Source: a virus
Taxonomy: Duplodnaviria; Heunggongvirae; Uroviricota; Caudoviricetes
IMG/VR virus record: IMGVR_UViG_3300050821_018098
Length of the DNA stretch: 64,000 bases
Strand: one strand, 5' to 3'
Numbering within the stretch: the first letter of the stretch is position 1; each line of letters begins with the position of its first letter. Under the pieces are notes generated by a model. The model ran no database searches. It was not told the DNA's origin and worked only from the letters and a program-made list of their open reading frames with translations. Below are positions 28,940 through 37,238 of the stretch, piece after piece. A program made the translations under genes and the position numbers.

Positions 28940-29104
28940 TTTTTACCTTCCATTTGAGATGCTTCCACAACTTACAAGGATTTAAGGAAGTGGTTATGGA
29001 ACGGTGTTTTTACCTTCCATTTGAGATGCTTCCACAACAGCAACTCCATATGTCGTAATGAAATAAGGGGTGTTTTTACCTTCCATTTGAGATGCTTCCA
29101 CAAC
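28940..29104 (-). CRISPR. CRISPR-like mini-array: 3 direct repeats (32-35 nt) and 2 unique spacers (31-35 nt), no cas genes in window
   Basis: TTTTTACCTTCCATTTGAGATGCTTCCACAAC at 28940, 29007, 29073. Repeats 2-3 are preceded by GTG, repeat 1 by TA (degenerate terminal repeat). Spacers ttacaaggatttaaggaagtggttatggaacg and agcaactccatatgtcgtaatgaaataagg are unrelated to each other. On the minus strand the repeat reads GTTGTGGAAGCATCTCAAATGGAAGGTAAAAACAC. Confidence 0.6.
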
Positions 29105-29401
29105 ATATCTAGTATAAGTGTCTGTGTATCACTGTATTTCATATTATATTCAGTATAAAGAATATTCCAGATAGATTCATAACTAACATACAAGATATCA
29201 TTTTTCTTATTGTAATACATCCAGGTAAATCCTTCAATATCTTTGAATATTATATTACCCAGATATTCTACATCTAATGAAATAGTAAGCTTTTCTAAAA
29301 TAGAAACAAAGAATGCTTCTGTACTGATTGTTTTTGTTTTAATTATAATTTCTGAAAACATATAGACAAAAGTATGATATAATAATCAAATTAACAATTT
29401 T

Positions 29402-30574
29402 ATGTATCGTAATAACACAGATAAAAACTATCTTGATCTCATAGACTTGATTTATAATCAAGGTGCTACAAAAAGCGATAGAACTGGTACTGGTACCATA
29501 TCCTATTTTGGTCACCAAATGCGATTTAACCTTCTAGAAGGTTTCCCACTAGTAACAGTTAAGAAAACATTTCATAAAGCAATCACACATGAATTATTGT
29601 GGTTTTTAGATGCTGTTGATCCCTATTACAAAGATTATGGTAATACCAATATTAAATATCTTGTTGATAATAAAGTATCAATATGGAATGAGTGGGCTCT
29701 TAAACCATATCTGGAAGCTACAGGTAAAGGACATATTAAACCAAATGCTCCTGAATGGGAGTCTGTCTGGAATGATGAAATGAAAATATTTGTAGAAAAA
29801 GTAAGAACTGATGATGTATTTGCGAAACAGTGGGGTGAACTAGGTCCTGTATATGGTAAACAGTGGACAGATTGGGGTGGTTCAATGCAAATGCTTCCAA
29901 TGCCTGGAACACAAGATGAATATTTTGGAGGATCGTTTGGTGGACCAACACAAGTAAATTTTGCACCATTATCTCTACAACATATTAAAGGAATCAATCA
30001 AATAGAAAATGTAATACATAAACTACGTAATCGTCCCGATGATAGACGTATAATTGTTTCAGCATGGAATGTTTCTGAAATAGATCAAATGGCCCTTCCG
30101 CCATGCCATGCCTTCTTTCAATTTTATTCTTTCGAAATGACTAATGAAGACAGAGTTAAAAGCTTTACACAGTGGGCTCTTAAACATGGTTATGATATAA
30201 CTGGAATGTCCACAGAGAACGCCTTGATACATTATAATTTTCCAAAAAGAAAACTCAATCTACAACTATATCAAAGATCCGTAGATGTCTGCATTGGTTT
30301 GCCATTTAATATAGCTAGTTATGCGTTAATTTTGGAAATGATAGCTCAAGTTACGGATCATTTAGCTTTTGAATTTATACATACTTCAGGAGATGCACAT
30401 ATTTACCTTAATCATATGGATAGTATTGCTGATTTTAAAAATAATGAATCATACCCATTACCAACATTATATCTGGATAGAAATATAAAAGAGCTCTCTG
30501 ATTTCAGAATTGAACATATTAATATAAGTAATTATCAAAGCCATCCTTATATACCACTCAAAGTAGCTGTATAA
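29402..30574 (+). CDS. thyA: thymidylate synthase ThyA (with about 45-aa insertion)
   Basis: DRTGTGT, FGHQMRFNL, DRRIIVSAWN, active-site PCHAFFQFY, QLYQRSVDVCIGLPFNIASYAL (Asn retained, so dUMP-specific). Confidence 0.9.
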   Translation: MYRNNTDKNYLDLIDLIYNQGATKSDRTGTGTISYFGHQMRFNLLEGFPLVTVKKTFHKAITHELLWFLDAVDPYYKDYGNTNIKYLVDNKVSIWNEWALKPYLEATGKGHIKPNAPEWESVWNDEMKIFVEKVRTDDVFAKQWGELGPVYGKQWTDWGGSMQMLPMPGTQDEYFGGSFGGPTQVNFAPLSLQHIKGINQIENVIHKLRNRPDDRRIIVSAWNVSEIDQMALPPCHAFFQFYSFEMTNEDRVKSFTQWALKHGYDITGMSTENALIHYNFPKRKLNLQLYQRSVDVCIGLPFNIASYALILEMIAQVTDHLAFEFIHTSGDAHIYLNHMDSIADFKNNESYPLPTLYLDRNIKELSDFRIEHINISNYQSHPYIPLKVAV

Positions 30575-30595
30575 ACTATTGATTTAAAGCTATTA

Positions 30596-30628
30596 AAAAC
30601 CTCATAAATTAAATTTATGAGGTTTTTA
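30596..30628 (+). terminator. rho-independent terminator
   Basis: aacctcataaatt-aa-atttatgaggtt 13-bp perfect stem followed by ttttt. Confidence 0.8.
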
Positions 30629-30672
30629 AATTTTTTATATGATAATATCATAGAAATTTTTAGCTTTGCAAC

Positions 30673-31215
30673 ATGATGGAACTCCTTAATGAATTTACAA
30701 AAGCAGAATTGATATTTTTCTGTATTGGTATTATAGCAACTGTACTATTTATAATTCAAACTTCACTAAGCTTTATTGGTACTGATGATATTGAATTTGA
30801 TACTGAAGAAGGTTTCGAAATATTAACAATCAAAAATTTAGTTATTTTTATGATGATCTTCGGTTGGTCTGGAATGGTTGCTATTGATAGTTTTAAATTA
30901 CAAATTTCCTCTTCCATAGTATTCTCTTTTACTATTTCAGTACTAGTAATTTTTATACTATCCGGTATAGTATATTTTATGAGTAAGATGAAACATGATG
31001 GTACAATTAAAATGGAGAATTGTATTGGTAAAATAGCTCAGGTGTATCTGAATGTAAGTCCCCAAGGAATGGGTAAAGTAACATTATCTGTTCAAGGAGC
31101 TTATAGAGAATTCGATGCTATATCAAAAAACAAAGTTTATATACCATCAGGAGCCAATGTAAAAGTCACAGGATTTCAAGATAATATTCTTGAAGTAGAA
31201 ACAATTAATTCATAA
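30673..31215 (+). CDS. NfeD-like membrane protein (partner of SPFH/flotillin proteins)
   Basis: N-terminal TM helices, C-terminal beta-rich OB-like segment GKIAQVYLNVSPQGMGKVTLSVQGAYREFDAISKNKVYIPSGANVKVTGFQDNILEVE; located directly upstream of flotillin-like gene as in yqiJ-yqiK. Confidence 0.5.
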   Translation: MMELLNEFTKAELIFFCIGIIATVLFIIQTSLSFIGTDDIEFDTEEGFEILTIKNLVIFMMIFGWSGMVAIDSFKLQISSSIVFSFTISVLVIFILSGIVYFMSKMKHDGTIKMENCIGKIAQVYLNVSPQGMGKVTLSVQGAYREFDAISKNKVYIPSGANVKVTGFQDNILEVETINS

Positions 31216-31240
31216 TTTTAAACAAATATAAATCACAACT

Positions 31241-32773
31241 ATGTACTCAATAATTTTAGCATCCTTAATTTTTGTTGTATTATTTGCAACAGTATACTCT
31301 ATTTTCAAACGCTATAAAAGATGTCCATCGGATAAAATACTCGTAATCTATGGTAAAGTAGGTGGTGAAAATAGTTCTAAATGTATCCATGGTGGAGCAG
31401 CATTTATATGGCCGGTCTTCCAGGAATCAACTTTCCTTGATTTAAAACCAATTGCTCTCAAAGTAGATGTTGACAAAGCATTATCGAAACAAAACATTCG
31501 ACTCAATGTTAAGTCTAATTTCACTATAGGTATATCTACAGAACCAACAATCATGACTAATGCTGCTGAAAGGCTTCTTGGTTTACAAACAACTAGTATA
31601 TCGACATTGGCTGAAGATATCATTGTTGGTCAGCTAAGACAAATAATTTCTTTAATGGATATTGAAGAAATAAATACTGACCGGGATAAATTCTTGACAA
31701 ACATTCAGAGTAACGTTGAAAATGAACTTAAGAAAATCGGTCTAAAATTGATTAATGTCAATATTGTTGATATTAAAGATGAATCTGGGTACATTGATGC
31801 TCTTGGTAAAGAAGCTGCTGCTAAAGCCTTAAATGATGCTAAAAAATCTGTAGCAGAAAAAGACAGAGATGGTGCCATCGGTGAAGCTGACGCAAATCAG
31901 GATAAGATAACTAAAGTATCTAAGCTTACAGCTCAATCGGAGATCGGTAAAGCAAATGCCGAAAGAGAGAAACGTACTAATATAGCTGATGCCAATGCTT
32001 TAGCAGTAGAAGGTGAAAACACGGCACAGATTAAAATAGCTAAGTCTGAAGCAGAAAAGAGAGAAGCTTTAGCTCAGGCAAATAAAACAGCAACTGTAGC
32101 TGAACAAGTTGCTCAAGCAAAAGCTAAAGAAGAATCATACTCAGCACAAACAAAAGCTGAGTTAGCTCGTGCTGAAATGTCAAAAGCTACCAAAGAAGCA
32201 GATATTATTGTTGATACTGATATAGCAAAGAGAAAACTTGTTATTGAGGCTCAGGCCGAAGCTGAATCATTAATAGAGAAAGCTAAAGGTCAAGCTAATT
32301 CAGCTATTGAAATCGCTAAAGGTGAGGCCGAATCAGTATTTCTGAAACTTGAAGCTGAAGCAAAAGGTAATTATGAAATTTTAGCTAAACAAGCAAAAGG
32401 TTTCGAAGAACTTGTTAAAGCTGCCGGAGGAGATCCTAAAACAGCGATTCAATATCTTATCAGTGAGAAAATAGTAGAGATTTACAAAATCCAAGCAGAT
32501 GCTATACAAAATATCAAAATTGATAAAATTACTGTATGGGAAAACGGTGGAGGAAAAGATGGTGGATCTTCAACAACAAATTTCATCAATAGTCTTTTAC
32601 AAGCAATTCCACCAAATGCTGATCTTTTGAATATGGTGGAACAGAGTCTTCCTGGATTCTTAGATGCTATAAAGACTAAAGAAATTAAAGAAATTAAAGA
32701 AAATCAACCAGTTTTGGTGACAGGTGCTGGAAAAGAAAATAATAATAATAATTCACAATTACTTAAAAGCTAA
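31241..32773 (+). CDS. SPFH/band-7 flotillin-like protein (YqiK/FloT family)
   Basis: N-terminal TM anchor then PSDKILVIYGKVGG...IHGGAAFIWPVFQESTFLDLKPIALKVDV SPFH core; long Ala/Glu/Lys-rich coiled-coil typical of flotillins. Confidence 0.75.
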   Translation: MYSIILASLIFVVLFATVYSIFKRYKRCPSDKILVIYGKVGGENSSKCIHGGAAFIWPVFQESTFLDLKPIALKVDVDKALSKQNIRLNVKSNFTIGISTEPTIMTNAAERLLGLQTTSISTLAEDIIVGQLRQIISLMDIEEINTDRDKFLTNIQSNVENELKKIGLKLINVNIVDIKDESGYIDALGKEAAAKALNDAKKSVAEKDRDGAIGEADANQDKITKVSKLTAQSEIGKANAEREKRTNIADANALAVEGENTAQIKIAKSEAEKREALAQANKTATVAEQVAQAKAKEESYSAQTKAELARAEMSKATKEADIIVDTDIAKRKLVIEAQAEAESLIEKAKGQANSAIEIAKGEAESVFLKLEAEAKGNYEILAKQAKGFEELVKAAGGDPKTAIQYLISEKIVEIYKIQADAIQNIKIDKITVWENGGGKDGGSSTTNFINSLLQAIPPNADLLNMVEQSLPGFLDAIKTKEIKEIKENQPVLVTGAGKENNNNNSQLLKS

Positions 32774-32779
32774 TTTACT

Positions 32780-33790
32780 ATGATACTAATACTTGCAATT
32801 CTTGTTACAGTGTCGGGCTTCTTTGCCGGCCTTATCCTATCTTTCATGGGTTTAGATATATCTGATTTAGAAAGAAAAGCGAAACTTGGTGATAAAAGAG
32901 CAACCAAGATATTACCGTTAAGAAGAAAGAGTAATCAATTACTCTCCACACTTATGATGTGTAATGTGTTTATCAACTCAACAATTTCAACCTTTATGTC
33001 TGAAGGTGGTAATGGTGGAATAACATCTATAATCATATCAGCATCATTGATCTTAGTTTTTGGTGACATTGTGCCTACAGCAATCTGTAATAAATATAAA
33101 ATGTCTATAGCATCATATACAACACCTTTGGTTTACGTCATGTTTTATATTTTATGGCCTATAACTTATCCATTATCATATGTTCTTGACAGATGGCTTC
33201 ATGTTGAAATGACAACAATGTTTACTAAGAATGAAATAAAAGAAATTATTCATGCTCATGAAAAACACTCTACTATAGATACACACGAAAAGAATATTAT
33301 GATCGGTGGTTTAACTTATTCTTCTAAGTCTGTTCTTGATATTATGACACCTATAACACAACTTTATCGTATTAATATAGATAAGCCGGTGACATTAGAA
33401 GAATTAAAGAAACAAAATTATGCAAGGGTTCCTGTATATCAGGGTACTAGAGATAATGTTATTGGAATATTATTTCTTAAAGATCTTGTCGGAGAATCTT
33501 CTGTACAAATAGATGTTGCTAAGAAATACAGACAGGATGGTATCATAAAAGTTATGGAGACAGAAAAACTTGATGTCTTGCTTAACAAGCTTATAAAACA
33601 ACAAGTACACATGTCTTTTGTATATGATCAGTATGGTACATTAAGAGGCGTTGTAACAATGGAAGATATTTTAGAAACCATTATTGATCGTGAAATTTTA
33701 GATGAATCTGATTTAATTGTAGATCATCAAGAAGAAGCGAAAAGAACTTTTGATATCGAAAAAACTTCTGAGTTAGAAAAAATATCATAA
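32780..33790 (+). CDS. CNNM/CorC/TlyC-family membrane protein (DUF21 transmembrane domain + CBS pair)
   Basis: N-terminal DUF21-like TM domain (ILAILVTVSGFFAGLILSFMGLD...LSTLMMCNVFINS) followed by two CBS-like segments (IMTP..., VPVYQG..., HMSFVYDQYGTLRGVVTMEDILE). Confidence 0.65.
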   Translation: MILILAILVTVSGFFAGLILSFMGLDISDLERKAKLGDKRATKILPLRRKSNQLLSTLMMCNVFINSTISTFMSEGGNGGITSIIISASLILVFGDIVPTAICNKYKMSIASYTTPLVYVMFYILWPITYPLSYVLDRWLHVEMTTMFTKNEIKEIIHAHEKHSTIDTHEKNIMIGGLTYSSKSVLDIMTPITQLYRINIDKPVTLEELKKQNYARVPVYQGTRDNVIGILFLKDLVGESSVQIDVAKKYRQDGIIKVMETEKLDVLLNKLIKQQVHMSFVYDQYGTLRGVVTMEDILETIIDREILDESDLIVDHQEEAKRTFDIEKTSELEKIS

Positions 33791-33814
33791 AGTAAATTTT
33801 ATTATATACTGTTA

Positions 33815-33846
33815 GAGGGATAGGTTTTACAAAATTAACTATCCCT
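33815..33846 (+). terminator. possible terminator hairpin (long loop, weak T-tract)
   Basis: gagggatag...ctatccctc 9-bp stem with 14-nt loop after the CNNM-like gene. Confidence 0.3.
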
Positions 33847-34042
33847 CATTTAATTTGATAAAAAATAACAGTATGTAAAACATGAAAATATGGAGGAGTA
33901 CTTTAGCGAATATTTTATATTTTTTAATCCCTGCTGCTTTAGTATTTAACATTAATCCCAATGTTTCCATATTGATTATGTTAGTATGTATATCATATTT
34001 AAAGTATAAGCATTTAGAACGTAAGAGAGATAATATCCAAGA

Positions 34043-34744
34043 TTAAATATTTGATATAACCATCGCTGGCTCTTGTTCACAATTCCATTTAAACCAATAA
34101 AAATCAACATCCTGTATATGATATGGAGATTCCTCATATATTATATTTATTTTTGGCTTCTCATCTTGAGTAATAACTTCATCTACAACTATTTTACTTC
34201 CTGGTTTTACAAAAATATTTTGTCCCCAACTATTTTTTACATTGATTCCAGCATTAACTATCCATCTACCAGTATGTGGTTTGAAATAGTCATGTAAAAT
34301 GTTTTTTAAAATACCAATTACTTTAATCTTTACAGATGCATTACCATATACCTCATCGAAACTTGATGATTTGAAGAATGGTGTTTGAAATCCACCCCAG
34401 TTTTGAAATATACCTAAAAATATTTGTTCACCTATAATGAATTTCAAATATATGTCAAGAAGATTCAAATTGTTATCGAACATTTTAAGTATAAAAACTT
34501 GTTTCATATCAACATTTGAACTGTCAACATAACTACCACCATGAAGATTTCTTAAACCGGTTGAAATTTGTACTAAAGTATCTATTTGTTGTCTTTTAAG
34601 GCCAGCATATCTATCAAAAGGATCAAAAGATAATTGTGGATCTCTTGGTTGCATTGCACCTGTACCAGTACTAAGACTTTGAAACATGAATTCGCTAGTT
34701 TCAGTTAGTTTTTCAAAATCATCATATTTCTTAATAAACTTCAT
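34043..34744 (-). CDS. hypothetical protein with CTS-like leader (MKFIKKYDDFEKLTE); candidate head-packaged internal protein
   Basis: 233-aa ORF; leader motif shared with 5 other ORFs. Confidence 0.4.
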   Translation of the reverse strand: MKFIKKYDDFEKLTETSEFMFQSLSTGTGAMQPRDPQLSFDPFDRYAGLKRQQIDTLVQISTGLRNLHGGSYVDSSNVDMKQVFILKMFDNNLNLLDIYLKFIIGEQIFLGIFQNWGGFQTPFFKSSSFDEVYGNASVKIKVIGILKNILHDYFKPHTGRWIVNAGINVKNSWGQNIFVKPGSKIVVDEVITQDEKPKINIIYEESPYHIQDVDFYWFKWNCEQEPAMVISNI

Positions 34745-34847
34745 AATCTATATATCTATTCCATAAATTAAACAACAAAAAATCTTTTCAATAATACCTA
34801 AAACTTTCTTGAATTAAGCCATATAACTTACAAATGTTAGCATAAAT

Positions 34848-36098
34848 ATGGCAAAAGGAAAAAGTCTTAAGAAGTTTGAATTCTCCCAGATCGGTAAGAT
34901 TATGGAGCAAGCAAGCGAAGGAAAACACGTTATTATTAATAATTCTCAAAAAAGAGAATTTATCCCAACAAGTATCTATATACTCAATGCACTTTTAAGT
35001 GGTTCCCTATTACATGGTGGTATCCTCACTAACCGTATTACAATTATGGCCGGGGAAGAAGCTACTGGTAAATCTTATCTATGTTATCACATAGGTAGAG
35101 AAGCTCAGAAAAAAGGATATAAAATTATTTATATTGATACAGAGGGATCTATTGAATTAGATGATTTTGCTTCACATGGTATTAAATCAGATCCAGATAA
35201 TTTAATGTTGGTAGATTGTTCAGTTGTTGAAGATCTTACACACATACTAGCCAACTTACTTAGTAAATTACAAGAAGCAAAAGATCAAGGTTTTGAACTT
35301 GAGAAAATTATTATCTTCATTGATTCTCTTGGTCAGCTTTCTTCAAGAAAAGAAAAACTAGTTGCTATTGAAGGTAAAGATACTCTAGATATGACTCGTG
35401 CTAAAGCAATCAAAGCACTCTTCCGTATTGTAAATAGTGATTTGAAACACTTAGGTATTCCAATGGTTTGTACCAACCATACCTATAAATCACAAGATTT
35501 TATTCCTACAGATATCATGGGTGGTGGTAAAGGTCCTTATTACTCAGCATCACATATTGTATTCCTTTCTAAAGCTAAACTTAAGACTGGTGAGGAAGAT
35601 GATTTAGATCTTGGTCAAACAGGTATTATTGTGACAGCTAAAGCTATTAAAAATAGGTTAGCTAAACCTAAGAAAGTTAAGTTTCATATATCATTTGATG
35701 CCGGAACCAATCCTTTTGTTGGTCTTGACTTCTTTTGTTTGCCAGCTGTATACAAACAAGTTGGTATCGCCAAAGGAAAACCAAAAATTACATCAGATGG
35801 AGAAGAAACTTTTGAAGAAGGTGGTAATCGTTGGTATGTAAGACATCTTAATAAGCATATTACAGCTTCCGAATTATTTACAGCTAAAGTATTTACACAA
35901 GAGGTATTAGAAGCCCTGGAGCCTCTTATTTATGAATATTTCAGATACAAAAATCACGAAGAAGTTGAATCAATGCTTAAAAACTTTGAAAAACTTATCG
36001 ATGAAGCTGAAGTTAAAGCAAGTAAAATGACTAATAGTAAGAGTATGACTGAAATTACAGCAAGTGATTTTGATGAACAACTCGATAGTGATGAATAA
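34848..36098 (+). CDS. uvsX: UvsX/RecA-family recombinase
   Basis: Walker A AGEEATGKS, Walker B IIFIDSLGQL, and VCTNHTYKSQDF...GGGKGPYYSASHIVFLSK matching the T4 UvsX TNHTYE...GG..YSA region. Confidence 0.75.
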   Translation: MAKGKSLKKFEFSQIGKIMEQASEGKHVIINNSQKREFIPTSIYILNALLSGSLLHGGILTNRITIMAGEEATGKSYLCYHIGREAQKKGYKIIYIDTEGSIELDDFASHGIKSDPDNLMLVDCSVVEDLTHILANLLSKLQEAKDQGFELEKIIIFIDSLGQLSSRKEKLVAIEGKDTLDMTRAKAIKALFRIVNSDLKHLGIPMVCTNHTYKSQDFIPTDIMGGGKGPYYSASHIVFLSKAKLKTGEEDDLDLGQTGIIVTAKAIKNRLAKPKKVKFHISFDAGTNPFVGLDFFCLPAVYKQVGIAKGKPKITSDGEETFEEGGNRWYVRHLNKHITASELFTAKVFTQEVLEALEPLIYEYFRYKNHEEVESMLKNFEKLIDEAEVKASKMTNSKSMTEITASDFDEQLDSDE

Positions 36099-36113
36099 TA
36101 TTAGGTTATGAAA

Positions 36114-36148
36114 TAAAAAAGGTCAGCTGAATCAGCTGACCTTTTTTA
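36114..36148. terminator. bidirectional rho-independent terminator
   Basis: aaaaaa-ggtcagctg-aat-cagctgacc-tttttt. Confidence 0.85.
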
Positions 36149-36529
36149 TTTCTTTTTAGGTTTACCTATATAAGCTTTAATTGGTACATTAAGATTGACC
36201 GCAGCCTCTAATCTATGAGCACCATCAAGAAATAAATATTCTTTACCAGTATCTACCAAAACAACTGGTGGAAATCCAGAACCATTTTTATATTCTTTCA
36301 TATAACGTTTAACGTCCCTTTTTGAATGAGCATACAGATTTTTTATTTTCGGATCGTTTGGTTGAATCCAAATAGGTTTTAGATTCCAAGTATATTGATT
36401 CAAACCATTTATACCACGCCAAGCATCACGTGCTGTTCCAGCATAAATATTATATTGATCAATATGATCAGATATAACTTTATATGGTTCTGGTACTTCA
36501 AAGGTTTCAAAAGTTTTAACGTATTTCAT
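36146..36529 (-). CDS. ParB-like nuclease (ParB N-terminal/sulfiredoxin fold) domain protein with CTS-like leader (MKYVKTFETFEVPE)
   Basis: KEYLFLDGAHRLEAA (DGxHR motif of the ParB/Srx fold); 127 aa. Confidence 0.4.
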   Translation of the reverse strand: MKYVKTFETFEVPEPYKVISDHIDQYNIYAGTARDAWRGINGLNQYTWNLKPIWIQPNDPKIKNLYAHSKRDVKRYMKEYKNGSGFPPVVLVDTGKEYLFLDGAHRLEAAVNLNVPIKAYIGKPKKK

Positions 36530-36822
36530 TATTCAATTCTATTAATAATTTGATCTGATAATTTTCTTAGGAAAGGTGTTCTTTTCACATAAAAATTCTT
36601 AGTAGTAAATTGACCTTTACTATTTTCGGCCAAACCTTCAAAAAGATCAATATTTTTAATTACTTCAGATTCAGTAACTCCTGTTATAACAGCTATTTCC
36701 GAAGCATCTTTCCATAGTTCATTAGTATGAGTTTCTAAATAATTATTTAAAGACAACATAAAATCATTTTCCGATTCGGTTTGTATAAATATATTCTTTA
36801 GAAATAAAATTAATTTTTTCAT
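36529..36822 (-). CDS. hypothetical protein
   Basis: 97-aa ORF. Confidence 0.3.
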   Translation of the reverse strand: MKKLILFLKNIFIQTESENDFMLSLNNYLETHTNELWKDASEIAVITGVTESEVIKNIDLFEGLAENSKGQFTTKNFYVKRTPFLRKLSDQIINRIE

Positions 36823-36836
36823 TTTTGTTATTATTT

Positions 36837-37187
36837 TTAAGAACCTGGTTGAGCAGGTACAGCTTCATCTTCTGTAGAACCATCTTTATTATCAAGAGCT
36901 CCACCAACACCATTTTTAACTTTAATAAATACCGTTAATAATTGTTGTAAGTTAATAATACTAAATAGAACACAAATAAACATAGCATCAACCAATATTA
37001 ATCTAATTAACCAATACGGATCAACAATTTCTTTAAAGAATCTAATATGTCCTATAATATAAAGTATTACTATAAGAAAAGATGTTAATCTCCTCGCAGA
37101 AGATTTCCCGTCATCTCCCTCAAACGAAGGTCTGAACCAAGCCACTAGAGCATCCAGACCAAAGAACTTTAATAATTTAGTGATCAT
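36837..37187 (-). CDS. small membrane protein (holin-like topology; function unknown)
   Basis: 116 aa; two hydrophobic helices and a charged C-terminus. Confidence 0.3.
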   Translation of the reverse strand: MITKLLKFFGLDALVAWFRPSFEGDDGKSSARRLTSFLIVILYIIGHIRFFKEIVDPYWLIRLILVDAMFICVLFSIINLQQLLTVFIKVKNGVGGALDNKDGSTEDEAVPAQPGS

Positions 37188-37238
37188 AAAAACTTTTTTC
37201 TTTATGATTTATATATCAATATATAGAAACATTTATTT

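Noticed and set aside
28940-29104. Peptide-repeat or iteron interpretation of the 32-nt repeats
   Set aside because: The intervening sequences are unique and of CRISPR-spacer length. The first period is 67 nt and breaks any reading frame. No other copies of the unit occur in the window.
28972-29361. 129-aa minus-strand ORF overlapping the CRISPR-like array
   Set aside because: Its C-terminal 40 residues are simply the translation of repeat-spacer-repeat (LWKHLKWKVKTP appears twice). The 66-nt period happens to preserve the frame. The unique spacers argue for an array rather than a peptide repeat. The N-terminal part (29105..29361) could still be a short real gene or the array leader.
29635-29997. 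Minus-strand ORFs 29635..29997 and 29736..29969
   Set aside because: They lie antisense within thyA, which is unambiguously coding.
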